The notes: a model not told the origin generated them from the letters alone. DNA of 57,447 nucleotides from Mycobacterium sp. (GCA_023264765.1 JAHFVC010000002.1:1-57447); one strand, 5' to 3'. Positions 32,778 to 43,085 are shown, numbered from the stretch's first letter. Translations and numbers: made by a program.

Positions 32778-34325
32778 ATGTCTATTGTCTGTTCCCATCT
32801 CTCATTCTCCTGGCCCGACAACACCCCGGTGTTCACCGACCTGTCCTTCGCTGTCGGGGCGGGGCGTACTGGTCTGGTCGCGCCCAACGGCTCCGGTAAG
32901 AGCACCCTGCTGCGGCTGATCGCCGGGGTCCTATCGCCTACGTCGGGCAGCGTGTCGGTCGACGGTGTGGTGGGCTATCTGCCGCAGGACTTGCCGTTCC
33001 TGGCTGAACAGACAGTGGCCGATGTTCTCGGTGTCACTGCGACTTTGGCGGCGCTGGACGCGCTGGCGGCCGGCGATGCGAGCGAGGCCGTGTTCGCCGC
33101 GATCGGGGATGATTGGGATATCGAGGAGCGACTGCGCGCGCAGGTGGGTGATCTCTCGCTGGACCGCGCTCTCGGCTCGCTCTCCGGTGGGCAGGTGGTG
33201 TCGCTGGGACTGACGGCGCAGCTGTTGAAGCGGCCGGACGTGCTCCTGCTCGACGAACCGACCAACAATCTGGATTCGGCTGCCCGACAACGGCTCTACT
33301 CGTCACTGGATGGCTTCGGTGGCACGTTGGTGGTGGTGAGCCACGACCGGGAACTGTTGGACCGGATGGATGCCATCGCGGAGTTGCGCGCCGGTGAGGT
33401 GTCGTTGTTCGGTGGCGGGTTCACGGCTTACGAGTCGGCCGTCGCTGCGGCACAACAAGTCGCGGAAGGAAACGTCCGCAATGCCGAACAGCAGTTGAAG
33501 CGACAGAAGCGGCAGATGCAGGAGGCGCGTGAGCGTGCTGACAAACGGGCATCGAATGCCGCGCGTAACGTCAAGGACGCCGGTCTCCCGAAAATCATTG
33601 CGGGGAAACTGAAAAGGAATGCCCAGGAGTCCGCGGCCAGGGCCGACGATGTGCACGGTCGTCGAGTGGGCGATGCGCGGTCGCGTCTGGATGAGGCCGA
33701 GCGGGCGTTGCGCGACGACGACGTGCTGGCGCTGGATCTGCCTTCTTCGGAGGTTCCTGCGGGGCGGGTGTTGTTCTCTGCGGCTGGTTTACGGTCGCTA
33801 GCGTTCGACGGTGTGGACCTGGATATCCGCGGCCCGGAGCGGATCGCGCTGACGGGGCCGAACGGGTCCGGGAAGTCGACATTGCTTCGGCTGGTGGTGG
33901 CGGGTGCGCAGGTTCCGGTGGCGTACTTGTCGCAGCGGCTGGACTTGTTGGATTCGTCGTCGACAGTGCTCGAGGCTCTGACGACATTCTCCCCGGCTCT
34001 GTCGGTGACTCGCCGGCGGCATGTGTTGGCGCAGTTCCTCTTTCATGGTGACATGGTGGATCTTCCGGTGAGTGCGCTGTCCGGTGGCGAACGGTTGCGG
34101 GCGACGCTGGCGTGCGTGTTGTTCGCCGAACCGGCACCGCAGTTGCTCTTGCTCGATGAGCCGACCAACAATCTCGACCTGGTCAGCATCGGGCAGTTGG
34201 AGTCCGCGTTGAATGCTTATCGTGGTGCGTTCGTCGTCGTCAGCCACGATGAGCGGTTCCTGGACAACATCGGAGTGCAGCGACGGTTGGTCTTGGATCA
34301 GGGCGTGCTCATGCCTTCGCCGTGA
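32778..34325 (+). CDS. ABC-F family ATPase (ribosome-associated, possibly ARE type)
   Basis: Two NBDs ([26 protein letters not shown]) joined by a long helical linker. No TM segments. Confidence 0.9.
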   Translation: MSIVCSHLSFSWPDNTPVFTDLSFAVGAGRTGLVAPNGSGKSTLLRLIAGVLSPTSGSVSVDGVVGYLPQDLPFLAEQTVADVLGVTATLAALDALAAGDASEAVFAAIGDDWDIEERLRAQVGDLSLDRALGSLSGGQVVSLGLTAQLLKRPDVLLLDEPTNNLDSAARQRLYSSLDGFGGTLVVVSHDRELLDRMDAIAELRAGEVSLFGGGFTAYESAVAAAQQVAEGNVRNAEQQLKRQKRQMQEARERADKRASNAARNVKDAGLPKIIAGKLKRNAQESAARADDVHGRRVGDARSRLDEAERALRDDDVLALDLPSSEVPAGRVLFSAAGLRSLAFDGVDLDIRGPERIALTGPNGSGKSTLLRLVVAGAQVPVAYLSQRLDLLDSSSTVLEALTTFSPALSVTRRRHVLAQFLFHGDMVDLPVSALSGGERLRATLACVLFAEPAPQLLLLDEPTNNLDLVSIGQLESALNAYRGAFVVVSHDERFLDNIGVQRRLVLDQGVLMPSP

Positions 34326-36609
34326 CGTCGGCTTGGGCTTCGGTGAGTAGGTCGTACTGGTGTAGCCAGTAGAGCCAGTCGGCGATGGCGGCGCGTTGGT
34401 CGGCGGTTTCGGTGGCGCTGTGGGCGCGGTAGAGCGCGAGGTCGGCGGAGTGTGCGGCGTACAGAACAAAGGCATTGAGGTGGGCGATTTCTCGTCCGCT
34501 GGCGATACTCATCAAGGGCTTCATCACGTCGAACCACAGCGTGAACGTCTCGTTGGCCGGCGGAGTGTTGTCCGCTTGGGCGGGCGGCAGTTGGGCGATG
34601 AGGTCGGCATCTCTGACCGCGGCCAATTTGGTTGCGGCGTCGGGGGACAGGATCTCCAGACGGGTACGGCCGGTCATCTTGCCGCTCGGCGGGATGTCGT
34701 CGTCCTCAAGCAGCACCTTGTGCGCCCCGGGGTCGATGCCTTCGAGATGGGTCTTCGCGCCGATCACTGCGCGCAGCGTCTTTTCATGCGCCTGAGCCCA
34801 AGCTGTCAGCGCGGCAACGGGGTAGGTCGCCCAGCGAGCCCGCTCGGTGGGAGGAATCGACGTATCGGCGCTGGCCATCTTCACCTGCTCGGGCAGGTTC
34901 ACCCCGTCGGGAATGTAAGCGATGCCGTAGCTGTTGGCGACGACGATCGTGTCGTCGGCGGTGAGTCCGACCAGCCAGAAGAAGCCGATGTCGTTGAGGC
35001 GCGACATGTCAGGTGCGTTCAGTGCGGCAGCGATCCGGCGAGCCACGCTCAATGGATCATTGCCGCCCATCTTGCGCTTCAAGGCGCCCGCTGCGGCCGA
35101 CGAGGCAATCAGGTCGCGTTCGGCGCGAGCTGTGGAGACCGGAATCGGTGCTGCCGCAGCCCCTCCGGGTTGGGCGTTGTTCGTGGCCGCGGGTAGGACG
35201 GGTGGTCCTGCCGCTGGAGCCACGGGCGCGGCCGGTGGCGGGGTGGCCGGGGCACCGAGTGGCATCGGGGGTGTCGGTGACGCGGGTGGTGCCGCGGGCG
35301 CGGACGGTGGCGCGACATTGCCGGTCGGGACAGCAGGATGTGTCGCCGCGGGTGCTGTCGGTGAACTGGCGGCTTGCTCGATGGGAGCGGCCGGCGCAGT
35401 GAGTGGTGTCGCGGGTGTCGCATTGCTCAGTGGTGCGGACGGAGGCTGGACTGGTGCCTGCATGCCCGTGGGCTTGGGACCTGTTGCGCCGGTTGCAGAT
35501 TCAGGTTTGGCAACTTGCGCGGCCTGTGGGGTTTGTGGCCCCTGAGCTGACTGGCCGGTCTGCGGGGATGTGGGGCTGCCCGGAGTGCCGCCTCCGCCGG
35601 GGGACGACATGGGTGAGGCGGGTGTGCCGCTGGGGCCGCCAGGGGTAGCGGGTAGGCCGGGCTGTCCGCTCGGACCGGGTGCAACTGGTCCTGCGGGCGC
35701 AGGTCCCGTCGGAGCGGTGGGGTGTGAGTTTGGAGGTGAGAGAGGGGCAGATGGTGCTGGTGGCGCGGCGCTGACGTCTTGGCGTCCCCCACCTAGCGGC
35801 GCCGCCGGAGGTGGATCACCCGGAGCTGGAGGGTTGACGACTGGCTTTGGTTTTGGTGCTTCGGCTACGGTGTCTTGCCTCCCGCCACCGATTGATGTCG
35901 TTTCTGTCTGGCCCGGCAAAGTCGGATTCTGTGGTGTCTCCACTGATCGCGGCGGCGCAGCCGAAGGCACTTGGCGAAGCCCACTAAGCCCAGTCGGGGG
36001 AATAGGCGGTTGGCCAGGTGTTGGCGTCGCCGGGGCTGGCTGGTCCCCGGCAGCGGGAAGATGCTGACGAAGCAGTTGATCCACTGCGTTAGCAGGTGGT
36101 TTCCACGTGTTAGTCGACGGAACCTGCGCACTCGTGCTTGCTATGACGCCTAGGTTAAGTGCGTGGTATGTGTTGACCACATTGTCGATCGCTTGCTTCC
36201 TGCTGTCGGCAGTGTCGTTTGGCTCGTTCGAGGCTTCTATCTCTGCGATCAACTCTTGAGCTTCTCGCACGTTGTTGGTTATGAGCGTCTTCGCGTTCAC
36301 CACCATGCCGGCGGCGTGGCTGTTCCATGTTGCGGCCGCCACGAGGTAATTCTGCAGTTGGGAGAACGCAACGGCATACGTTCCAGCCTTGCCGCTCGCG
36401 GCGCCAGCTGCACTCCCGATCCACACCCCGCCGTCAAATGTCTGATTGCGCTCGCGCGCCCAAGGCTCTGCAGATCTGAAAGTGAGTTCTTGCAGTGCTC
36501 GGGTACACGCAGTTGCGCAGTCGTAAAGGGAGTCTTCGTCGACATCAGGCCACGCGCCTGGAGAAAGTAGTCGGTCCGCGTATGGGCCGCCCGGCCGGCC
36601 TATGCCCAT
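34309..36609 (-). CDS. EspK-like type VII secretion-associated protein
   Basis: N-terminus [22 protein letters not shown] with WIG (WxG) and WKPP. Pro-rich linker. C-terminus [31 protein letters not shown] resembles Rv3879c as recalled. Confidence 0.85.
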   Translation of the reverse strand: MGIGRPGGPYADRLLSPGAWPDVDEDSLYDCATACTRALQELTFRSAEPWARERNQTFDGGVWIGSAAGAASGKAGTYAVAFSQLQNYLVAAATWNSHAAGMVVNAKTLITNNVREAQELIAEIEASNEPNDTADSRKQAIDNVVNTYHALNLGVIASTSAQVPSTNTWKPPANAVDQLLRQHLPAAGDQPAPATPTPGQPPIPPTGLSGLRQVPSAAPPRSVETPQNPTLPGQTETTSIGGGRQDTVAEAPKPKPVVNPPAPGDPPPAAPLGGGRQDVSAAPPAPSAPLSPPNSHPTAPTGPAPAGPVAPGPSGQPGLPATPGGPSGTPASPMSSPGGGGTPGSPTSPQTGQSAQGPQTPQAAQVAKPESATGATGPKPTGMQAPVQPPSAPLSNATPATPLTAPAAPIEQAASSPTAPAATHPAVPTGNVAPPSAPAAPPASPTPPMPLGAPATPPPAAPVAPAAGPPVLPAATNNAQPGGAAAAPIPVSTARAERDLIASSAAAGALKRKMGGNDPLSVARRIAAALNAPDMSRLNDIGFFWLVGLTADDTIVVANSYGIAYIPDGVNLPEQVKMASADTSIPPTERARWATYPVAALTAWAQAHEKTLRAVIGAKTHLEGIDPGAHKVLLEDDDIPPSGKMTGRTRLEILSPDAATKLAAVRDADLIAQLPPAQADNTPPANETFTLWFDVMKPLMSIASGREIAHLNAFVLYAAHSADLALYRAHSATETADQRAAIADWLYWLHQYDLLTEAQADVTAKA

Positions 36610-36612
36610 CGG

Positions 36613-37734
36613 CTAGCTTCCTGCAGTGTTGCACGCGCCCAACACAATGCCCGGAGTCAGTAGTGCAACCTTGTAGAGGTGGAGGTCCGGTTGCGTATAA
36701 GTCGGGATTGCATTTACGAAGGCGCGTTGATATTGGGCTGAGAGCGTTGCGAGGTCTTCGAAAATCGCGTTGCCACTAGTCCTGCCAAGCTTGTCTAGCT
36801 CGTCCGCGAGAGATGTCAGAAGCGGCAGTACGGCGTCGTTGGCAGCCTTCTGCTCGGGGGACCATTGGCTCGCTGGTGGATTGGAATCGGTGGCGACCCA
36901 AGCCACGATCGCGGGGTTCGTGTCGTTTCTGTCGAGGGCCGCCTTCCAGTCCGAACAGACGGGATTCGGCTGCGAAAGGAATCTAGCTGGCTTGTTTGGG
37001 CTGCCGAGTGGCGCAACAGATGTCGGTGGTTGAGCCATCGCGGTCAACGGGGCGCGGGCTGCGGCGGACCCGTACGTGATGGCTTGGCAAATGTGGCTTA
37101 AGACTTGGCTGGCTCCGATCGCAGTCAGTGCCAATTGATCGTCGGGTGCCGTGTACAGCGGGATCCGATCCGCGTATGCCCGTGCGTAAGCAATGAACTG
37201 TTCGTAGAGTTCGCGCATCACCCTATGAGTTGTCAGCTTCACAAGGGGTACCGTTTGGTCTGCTGCAGCCCGCATGGCCTTCCCCACGGCCTCATACTGC
37301 GAGCGCAATTCTGGCCCCCAAACGTCAGCTGGCAAGGATGAGTCGCGCTGCAACCAGCCGCTTGGTTGGCTATTCGCGTAAGTGGTAAGAATCGGCATCC
37401 ACGGCGCACACGACGGATCCTCGGTGATCACCGATACCGGTCCGGTGTCATTCGCACTGGCGAAATCTGACGCAGGCGCACCGCTCGTTGTCGGTGCGGC
37501 AGTTGGTTTTTCAGTCCCGCCGCTGCTTTTCGTGCATGACACCGCAATGACAGCCGTGACGGCGATGACTGCTATCAGCGCGACCGCTCCGATGATCCAC
37601 TTCGCAAAGCTGCGCTTCGGCGGGGGCGGAGGCGTCTGCGGCCACCCCTGTTGCGGATTCCACTGTGGGCCAGGCTGTCCGCCCGGATAGCCTGGTGGCC
37701 ATCCAGGGCCCGGCGGTGGGGGCGGCTGAGTCAC
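36613..37734 (-). CDS. Single-pass membrane protein with Pro-rich N-terminus and two tandem Cys-bounded helical domains
   Basis: PPPPP/PQQGW N-terminus, TM WIIGAVALIAVIAVTAVIAV, and an internal duplication (CAPW...HIC and CSDW...GAC). GTGA overlap with the upstream gene. Confidence 0.8.
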   Translation of the reverse strand: MTQPPPPPGPGWPPGYPGGQPGPQWNPQQGWPQTPPPPPKRSFAKWIIGAVALIAVIAVTAVIAVSCTKSSGGTEKPTAAPTTSGAPASDFASANDTGPVSVITEDPSCAPWMPILTTYANSQPSGWLQRDSSLPADVWGPELRSQYEAVGKAMRAAADQTVPLVKLTTHRVMRELYEQFIAYARAYADRIPLYTAPDDQLALTAIGASQVLSHICQAITYGSAAARAPLTAMAQPPTSVAPLGSPNKPARFLSQPNPVCSDWKAALDRNDTNPAIVAWVATDSNPPASQWSPEQKAANDAVLPLLTSLADELDKLGRTSGNAIFEDLATLSAQYQRAFVNAIPTYTQPDLHLYKVALLTPGIVLGACNTAGS

Positions 37735-38489
37735 AACACACTCTCCGGCGACGGGCTGGGCGACGCATGACGGTGTGGATCTTCGGGCGCTCGTTCGGAC
37801 GGTGTCGTTCCCGGCGCAGCACCGGCCGGCTCCGCCTCGTCGGGAGAATCCTCGCGGCGGTGCTTACCCTCGTGGTGCTTCTCGTCCTCCGACTTGTCTT
37901 CTGGCTTCTCGCCGCCGCCAGCCTTGCCGGCAACCTGGCTGACCTGCTCGGCGATCTGCTGCACTCCTTGCATCGCGGTCTGCGGCAGCTGTCCCGCCAT
38001 GCCCATCACCTGTTGCGGAAGCTGCGCGGCTTGGCTCGCGATCTGCATCGGCACTTGCATCATCTGCCCGAGCTGACCGGCTCCTTGAGACGCTGCGCCG
38101 GCCGCACCGGATCCCGATCCGCCGACCCCGGCAGCCACGCCGGACGCGGCACTCGCGGCGCCGCCCCCGCCTGCACCACCGCCACTACCGGAGCCGCCGA
38201 CCTGAGCAGACAACTTGCTGTGCAACTGGGCGTCTGTCGCCGCGTAGCGCTCGGCAACGGTCTTGATGTTCTGTGCGAACTGATTGGTCTCGGCCTTCAG
38301 TAGCGGCAAGCCGGACACGATCGGCGCCAGAAACTGCGGTGCCAAGCTGGCGATCACCGTCGACAGGGGGTCGGATCCGCTCGGTGTGTAGCCCGCCGGT
38401 GCCTGTGGGATGGCGTTGGAGGCCGTCAGAAAGTTCTCCCCGGCACGCGCCAACGCGGTCGTGTCGACCTTCAGATTCTCAGGCGCCAT
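37731..38489 (-). CDS. EspJ-like type VII secretion substrate
   Basis: LKVDTTAL...PQAPA...SGSDPLS...GLP...YAATD (YxxxD) resembles Rv3878 as recalled. Gln-rich middle region. Confidence 0.75.
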   Translation of the reverse strand: MAPENLKVDTTALARAGENFLTASNAIPQAPAGYTPSGSDPLSTVIASLAPQFLAPIVSGLPLLKAETNQFAQNIKTVAERYAATDAQLHSKLSAQVGGSGSGGGAGGGGAASAASGVAAGVGGSGSGAAGAASQGAGQLGQMMQVPMQIASQAAQLPQQVMGMAGQLPQTAMQGVQQIAEQVSQVAGKAGGGEKPEDKSEDEKHHEGKHRREDSPDEAEPAGAAPGTTPSERAPEDPHRHASPSPSPESVL

Positions 38490-38773
38490 GACCGTGCATT
38501 CCGTCGGACATCACCCGAACCCCCGAGATCCCCACGACTCGGCACGGCGCCACGGCCTCAAATAGCATCGATATTCCCCTCCGCATGCCTCAGCTAAGAC
38601 AGTACCCAACCTAGGAGGGGCTTCACTGCACAACATTCCGGCGTCTTCGCAGCTCAACAATGGCTCCACTGGGGCCTCATCTGTTTGCTGCGAATACGCC
38701 TACCAGTAAGACGCAGAAGGTGAACGGCACGGCACCGAGCTCATCTGCTCTGCCAGAACAGCATTGGAACGGC

Positions 38774-39499
38774 TCAATCCGCCTGCGGACGAGTGGCTGC
38801 AGGCCGTTGTTTGGGCGCGGGTGTCTCCACCGGCGCTCGCTCGGACGGCACCGCCGAACCGGCCCCGGCCCCGCGCTCGTCAGGCTTGTCGCGCTCCTTG
38901 TCGCGATCATCCTTCGATTTCGCTTCAGGACGACGGTCCTTCTTCTCGTCCTCCGCGTCGGGAAGGTCGCCCACCCGTGCTTGGGACGCCTGCTGCACAC
39001 CCTGCATGATCTGCTGCGGAATCTGCTGCAACCCTTGAGCGAGGCCCTGCAACGGCTGGGCGATCGACTGCGCCATCTGGCCCACCTGCTGACCGACCTG
39101 GCCCAGGATCTGCCCCAGCTGTCCGGAGGTATCTCCGGCCGCCGCGCCGCCCGATGGCATCGCGGAACCACCGGGGGAGTCTTTGCCCTCCAACACCTCC
39201 GCCGCGGCGGTGAACCGCTGGGCGTCCTGCTCGTCGCCACGGGCATACGCGTCGGCGGCCTTCTGCAGGAGGTCCGAGATAGTGCTTGCCGTCGTCGACG
39301 TGGCCCCGAGTGAATCCCGTCGGTTGTTCAGGACACCAGAAAGTGCCATGCTGACCGCTGAGGCGATGGGTCCGTGACTCGTATCGACACCAGCTCCGTC
39401 CTCACCGAGGAGACCGGACAGGTTCGCGGCGACATCCGCGTGTGTCTGCGCGAACCTCCGCAAACCGTCGGTCTGTACGTCGAGCGGATCGGTGGTCAT
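38774..39499 (-). CDS. EspC/EspF-family type VII secretion target with extended C-terminus
   Basis: L.V..DGLR.FA..H, SHGPIAS, and LQKAADAYARGD (YxxxD). Confidence 0.8.
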   Translation of the reverse strand: MTTDPLDVQTDGLRRFAQTHADVAANLSGLLGEDGAGVDTSHGPIASAVSMALSGVLNNRRDSLGATSTTASTISDLLQKAADAYARGDEQDAQRFTAAAEVLEGKDSPGGSAMPSGGAAAGDTSGQLGQILGQVGQQVGQMAQSIAQPLQGLAQGLQQIPQQIMQGVQQASQARVGDLPDAEDEKKDRRPEAKSKDDRDKERDKPDERGAGAGSAVPSERAPVETPAPKQRPAATRPQAD

Positions 39500-39526
39500 C
39501 GGCCCCCATTCGAATCGAAGCCAATC

Positions 39527-40687
39527 CTATTGCTGCGCTTCACCGCCGTCGGGCACCAATTCCTCGACCTGGCGCGCCGCGTCGGCCGCGGCTGCACCGA
39601 AACCCAAACCGGACCACTCCTCGGAGACCGCCGCCAGGCCGATGGCGTCGCGCCCAGCCAGCGCACGGGCATGCGATGCCGTCACCCGCGCGAAGACGCA
39701 CCGAATCGGCAGGCCTTCGAGTGAAACCGCCGCCCGAACATCGCCCAGCCGCACCCCGTCGTGTGCCGCGCGCAACGCCACCGCCGATTGCCCACCGCGG
39801 TCGGCCGCGCGAAAGGACTCCCGCGCCGCCCCGACCGCGCCGATGGAATCCTTACGCGCCCAGCAGGTCCATGCTCGTGCCAGGGCGAGCTCAGGTGCGA
39901 ACAGCATCGACTTCAACCCATGGCGGGACTCCGCCCGCCCCAAAGCCTTTGCCGCCGCGACCGTCGACCCTTGCTGCCCGAGCGTCTGCGCCAACAGCAT
40001 CCATGCCAGCGGCGTCCACGAATATCCGGTGGGTGCCAAACTGTCTGCGGCCGAACGCAACAGGCCCACGGCGTCGTCCAGTTCGCCGCGAAACGTCAGC
40101 ACCTCGGCGATCAACAACTGCCCGATCGAATGCCCGGGGCCATCGTCGGCTGTCAGCTCTCGGGCCACCGACTCGGCTTGGTCCAGATCGCCTCCAAACA
40201 CCGCTGCGAGCACCTGTCCGTAACCGGAGGTGTAGCGCAGCAATCCCGGGTGCCCGGCCGAGACGGCACGTGACGCCAATGAGTCGACCGGTTCGAACTC
40301 GCCCATCCGCGCGTGCGCCAGCGCTGCCGCAGACGCCGCCCAGCCGACCGCTTGATCAGTGGCCTCGACAGAAGTCAGCACCGAATCCGACAACTCGCGC
40401 GCACGGTGCAGGTCGCCGGCGTTCATCGCGAACGTGCCCAGCAACGCGTCCACCGTGGCGTCGGAGGAGACCCGGCCGCGCAGTGCCCGCAGGAACGCCG
40501 TCGCCCGCTCGGGCTCGTCGAGCATCCAGAACTGGTTGGCCGCGCGCGGCAACGCCCACGCCATCAGGTCCGCTTCGTCCAAAGAGGCCGGGTCCACCGC
40601 GGCGAGCACCTCGTCTGCATCGCGACCGCGGCCCTGCCACGCCAGGTCCTGTGCCCGCGCCAACAGCGACGACAACGACTCAGCCAC
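39527..40687 (-). CDS. TPR-like helical protein homologous to the C-terminal part of Rv1204c plus Rv1203c; no ATPase domain
   Basis: WALPRAANQFWML, TGYSW.PL and SMLFAPELALARAW. TACACT -10 lies 6 nt before the GTG. Divergent from LOG. Confidence 0.75.
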   Translation of the reverse strand: MAESLSSLLARAQDLAWQGRGRDADEVLAAVDPASLDEADLMAWALPRAANQFWMLDEPERATAFLRALRGRVSSDATVDALLGTFAMNAGDLHRARELSDSVLTSVEATDQAVGWAASAAALAHARMGEFEPVDSLASRAVSAGHPGLLRYTSGYGQVLAAVFGGDLDQAESVARELTADDGPGHSIGQLLIAEVLTFRGELDDAVGLLRSAADSLAPTGYSWTPLAWMLLAQTLGQQGSTVAAAKALGRAESRHGLKSMLFAPELALARAWTCWARKDSIGAVGAARESFRAADRGGQSAVALRAAHDGVRLGDVRAAVSLEGLPIRCVFARVTASHARALAGRDAIGLAAVSEEWSGLGFGAAAADAARQVEELVPDGGEAQQ

Positions 40688-40734
40688 CGCCGCAGTGTAT
40701 GGCCGGCACCCTTCCGTCGGTTACGTTTTCCACC

Positions 40735-41298
40735 GTGGCCGAAACCCCTTCCTGGGCGGTGTGCGTGTACTGCGCCTCCGGCCCTAAGCACCCGGAACTG
40801 CTCAAGCTCGCCACCGACGTGGGTCATGCGATCGCCGACCGCGGTTGGACGCTGGTGTCCGGCGGCGGCAACGTCTCGGCGATGGGGGCGGTCGCCGACG
40901 GCGCGCGCCAGCACAGCGGCCGCACCATCGGCGTCATCCCGAAAGCGCTGGTGCACCGCGAACTCGCCGACGTCGAGGCCGACGAACTGATCGTCACCGA
41001 CACCATGCGGGAGCGTAAGCAGGTCATGGAGGACCGCGCCGACGCGTTCATCGCCCTGCCCGGCGGCATTGGCACGCTCGAAGAATTTTTCGAGGCGTGG
41101 ACCGCCGGCTACCTCGGCATGCACCACAAGCCGATCGTCATGCTCGACCCGTTCGGACATTACGACGGCCTGCTCACCTGGCTGCGCAGTCTCGTCGACA
41201 CCGGATACGTCGGAGACACCGCCCTGGATCGGTTGGTCGTGGTTAACAACGTCGACGAGGCGATGGCCGCATGTGCCCCCGGTGAGATCCCTCACTAG
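40735..41298 (+). CDS. log: LOG family cytokinin-riboside phosphoribohydrolase (Rv1205)
   Basis: VCVYCAS, MRERK and PGGIGTLEE. Confidence 0.92.
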   Translation: MAETPSWAVCVYCASGPKHPELLKLATDVGHAIADRGWTLVSGGGNVSAMGAVADGARQHSGRTIGVIPKALVHRELADVEADELIVTDTMRERKQVMEDRADAFIALPGGIGTLEEFFEAWTAGYLGMHHKPIVMLDPFGHYDGLLTWLRSLVDTGYVGDTALDRLVVVNNVDEAMAACAPGEIPH

Positions 41299-41309
41299 GG
41301 TTGACGCTC

Positions 41310-43085
41310 ATGAGTGACGACACATCCCGCGCCAGCGTCGGACTGCTTGACATCGCCACCCAACTGCCAGGGGTTCTGGCTGACGCCCCCGCCATCGTGC
41401 GTGGGCTCGTCACCGGGTTCGGAGCGCGGCCGACGGCCAAGACCTCGATCGGCAAGGTCTTCCAGGACCGAGCCGCCCAGCACGCGGACAAGGTGTTCCT
41501 CAAGTTCGAGGACCAGCAGTTCACCTATCGGCAAGCCAACGAGACCGTCAACCGGTACGCCGCGGTGCTGGCCGCCAAGGGCGTGGGCCACGGCGACGTC
41601 GTCGGCATCATGCTGCGCAACTCGCCGGACGCCGTGCTGCTCATGCTGGCCACCGTCAAGTGCGGTGCCGTCGCGGGCATGCTCAACTACCACCAGCGCG
41701 GCGACGTGCTGGCGCACAGCTTCGGCCTGCTCAAGGCGAAGGCCGTGATCGCCGAGAACGACCTGATCGACCCGATCGGCGAGAGCGGCGCCGAACCCGA
41801 AGGCCTGCTGACCGTCGACGATCTGCGGCAGCTGTCGCTCACCGCGCCGACCACCAACCCGGCGGTCACCTCGGCGGTACTGGCCAAGGACAAGGCCTTC
41901 TACATCTTCACCTCGGGCACCACCGGGCTGCCCAAGGCCAGCGTCATGACCCACTACCGGTGGCTGCGCGCACTGGCCGGCTTCGGGGGCCTCGGACTGC
42001 GTCTGAACAGCAGCGACACCCTGTACTGCTGCCTGCCGCTCTATCACAACAATGCGTTGACGGTGGCCACCGGATCGGCCATCAATGCGGGCGCCGCACT
42101 GGCCCTGGGCAAGTCGTTCTCGGCATCGCGGTTCTGGGATGACGTCATCCGCTACGAAGCGACCTCGTTCGTCTACATCGGCGAGATCTGCGGCTATCTG
42201 CTCAACCAGCCGCCCAAGCCGACCGATCGGCAGCACAAGATCCGCGTCATCGGCGGCAACGGGTTGCGCCCTGCCATCTGGGACGAGTTCACCAAGCGAT
42301 TCGGCATCCCGCGGGTCTGCGAGTTCTACGCCGCCAGCGAGGGCAACACCGCCTTCCTCAACGTCTTCAACCTGGACAAGACCACCGGCATCTGCCCCAG
42401 CCCCGTCGCCTTCGTCGAATACGACCTGGACACCGGCGAACCGGCCCGCGGCAACGACGGCAAGCTGCGCAAGGTCAAGCGCGGACAGCCGGGCCTGTTG
42501 CTGAGCAAGGTGTCCAGTTTCCAGCCCTTCGACGGCTACACCGACAAATCCGCCAGCGAGAAGAAGCTCGTGCGCAACGCCTTCAAGGACGGTGACGTCT
42601 GGTTCAACACCGGCGACTTGATGCGCTCGCAGGGCTTCGGCCACGCCGCGTTCGCCGACCGGCTCGGCGACACCTTCCGCTGGAAGGGCGAGAACGTCGC
42701 CACCACCCAGGTGGAAGCCGCGATCTCCGCCGACAAGCAGATCGAGGAGGCGACAGTCTTCGGCGTCGAGGTGCCCGGCTGCGGCGGTCGCGCCGGCATG
42801 GTTGCCGTGCAGATGAAAGAGGGCATCGAGTTCGACGGCGCCGCCCTGGCCAAAGCCGCCTACGCGAGCCTGCCGACCTACGCGGTGCCGCTGTTCGTGC
42901 GCGTGGTCAAGGAACTCGCACACACCTCGACGTTCAAGAGCCAGAAGGTCGAGCTGCGCAAGCAGGGCTTCGGATCCGACATCGACGACCCGATCTTCGT
43001 GCTCGCCGGCCGTGAGGAAGGCTACGTGCCGTTCTACGACGGCTACACCGACGAGGTGAAGGACGGCAAGCGCCCCAAGTCGTAG
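41310..43085 (+). CDS. fadD6: Long-chain acyl-CoA synthetase, FATP-like
   Basis: YIFTSGTTGLPKA, WFNTGDL and DRLGDTFRWKGENV. Confidence 0.93.
   Translation: MSDDTSRASVGLLDIATQLPGVLADAPAIVRGLVTGFGARPTAKTSIGKVFQDRAAQHADKVFLKFEDQQFTYRQANETVNRYAAVLAAKGVGHGDVVGIMLRNSPDAVLLMLATVKCGAVAGMLNYHQRGDVLAHSFGLLKAKAVIAENDLIDPIGESGAEPEGLLTVDDLRQLSLTAPTTNPAVTSAVLAKDKAFYIFTSGTTGLPKASVMTHYRWLRALAGFGGLGLRLNSSDTLYCCLPLYHNNALTVATGSAINAGAALALGKSFSASRFWDDVIRYEATSFVYIGEICGYLLNQPPKPTDRQHKIRVIGGNGLRPAIWDEFTKRFGIPRVCEFYAASEGNTAFLNVFNLDKTTGICPSPVAFVEYDLDTGEPARGNDGKLRKVKRGQPGLLLSKVSSFQPFDGYTDKSASEKKLVRNAFKDGDVWFNTGDLMRSQGFGHAAFADRLGDTFRWKGENVATTQVEAAISADKQIEEATVFGVEVPGCGGRAGMVAVQMKEGIEFDGAALAKAAYASLPTYAVPLFVRVVKELAHTSTFKSQKVELRKQGFGSDIDDPIFVLAGREEGYVPFYDGYTDEVKDGKRPKS

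Noticed and set aside
34309-39499. Complete ESX secretion system, or a toxin-immunity locus with an enzymatic toxin
   Set aside because: There are no ecc, mycP, esx or PE/PPE genes in the window, and no recognisable toxin catalytic motif.
39442-40734. 618-aa ORF suggesting a long N-terminal fusion to LOG
   Set aside because: The extension is Arg/Pro-rich antisense read-through of the 39527-40687 gene. LOG has its own -10 and GTG at 40735.
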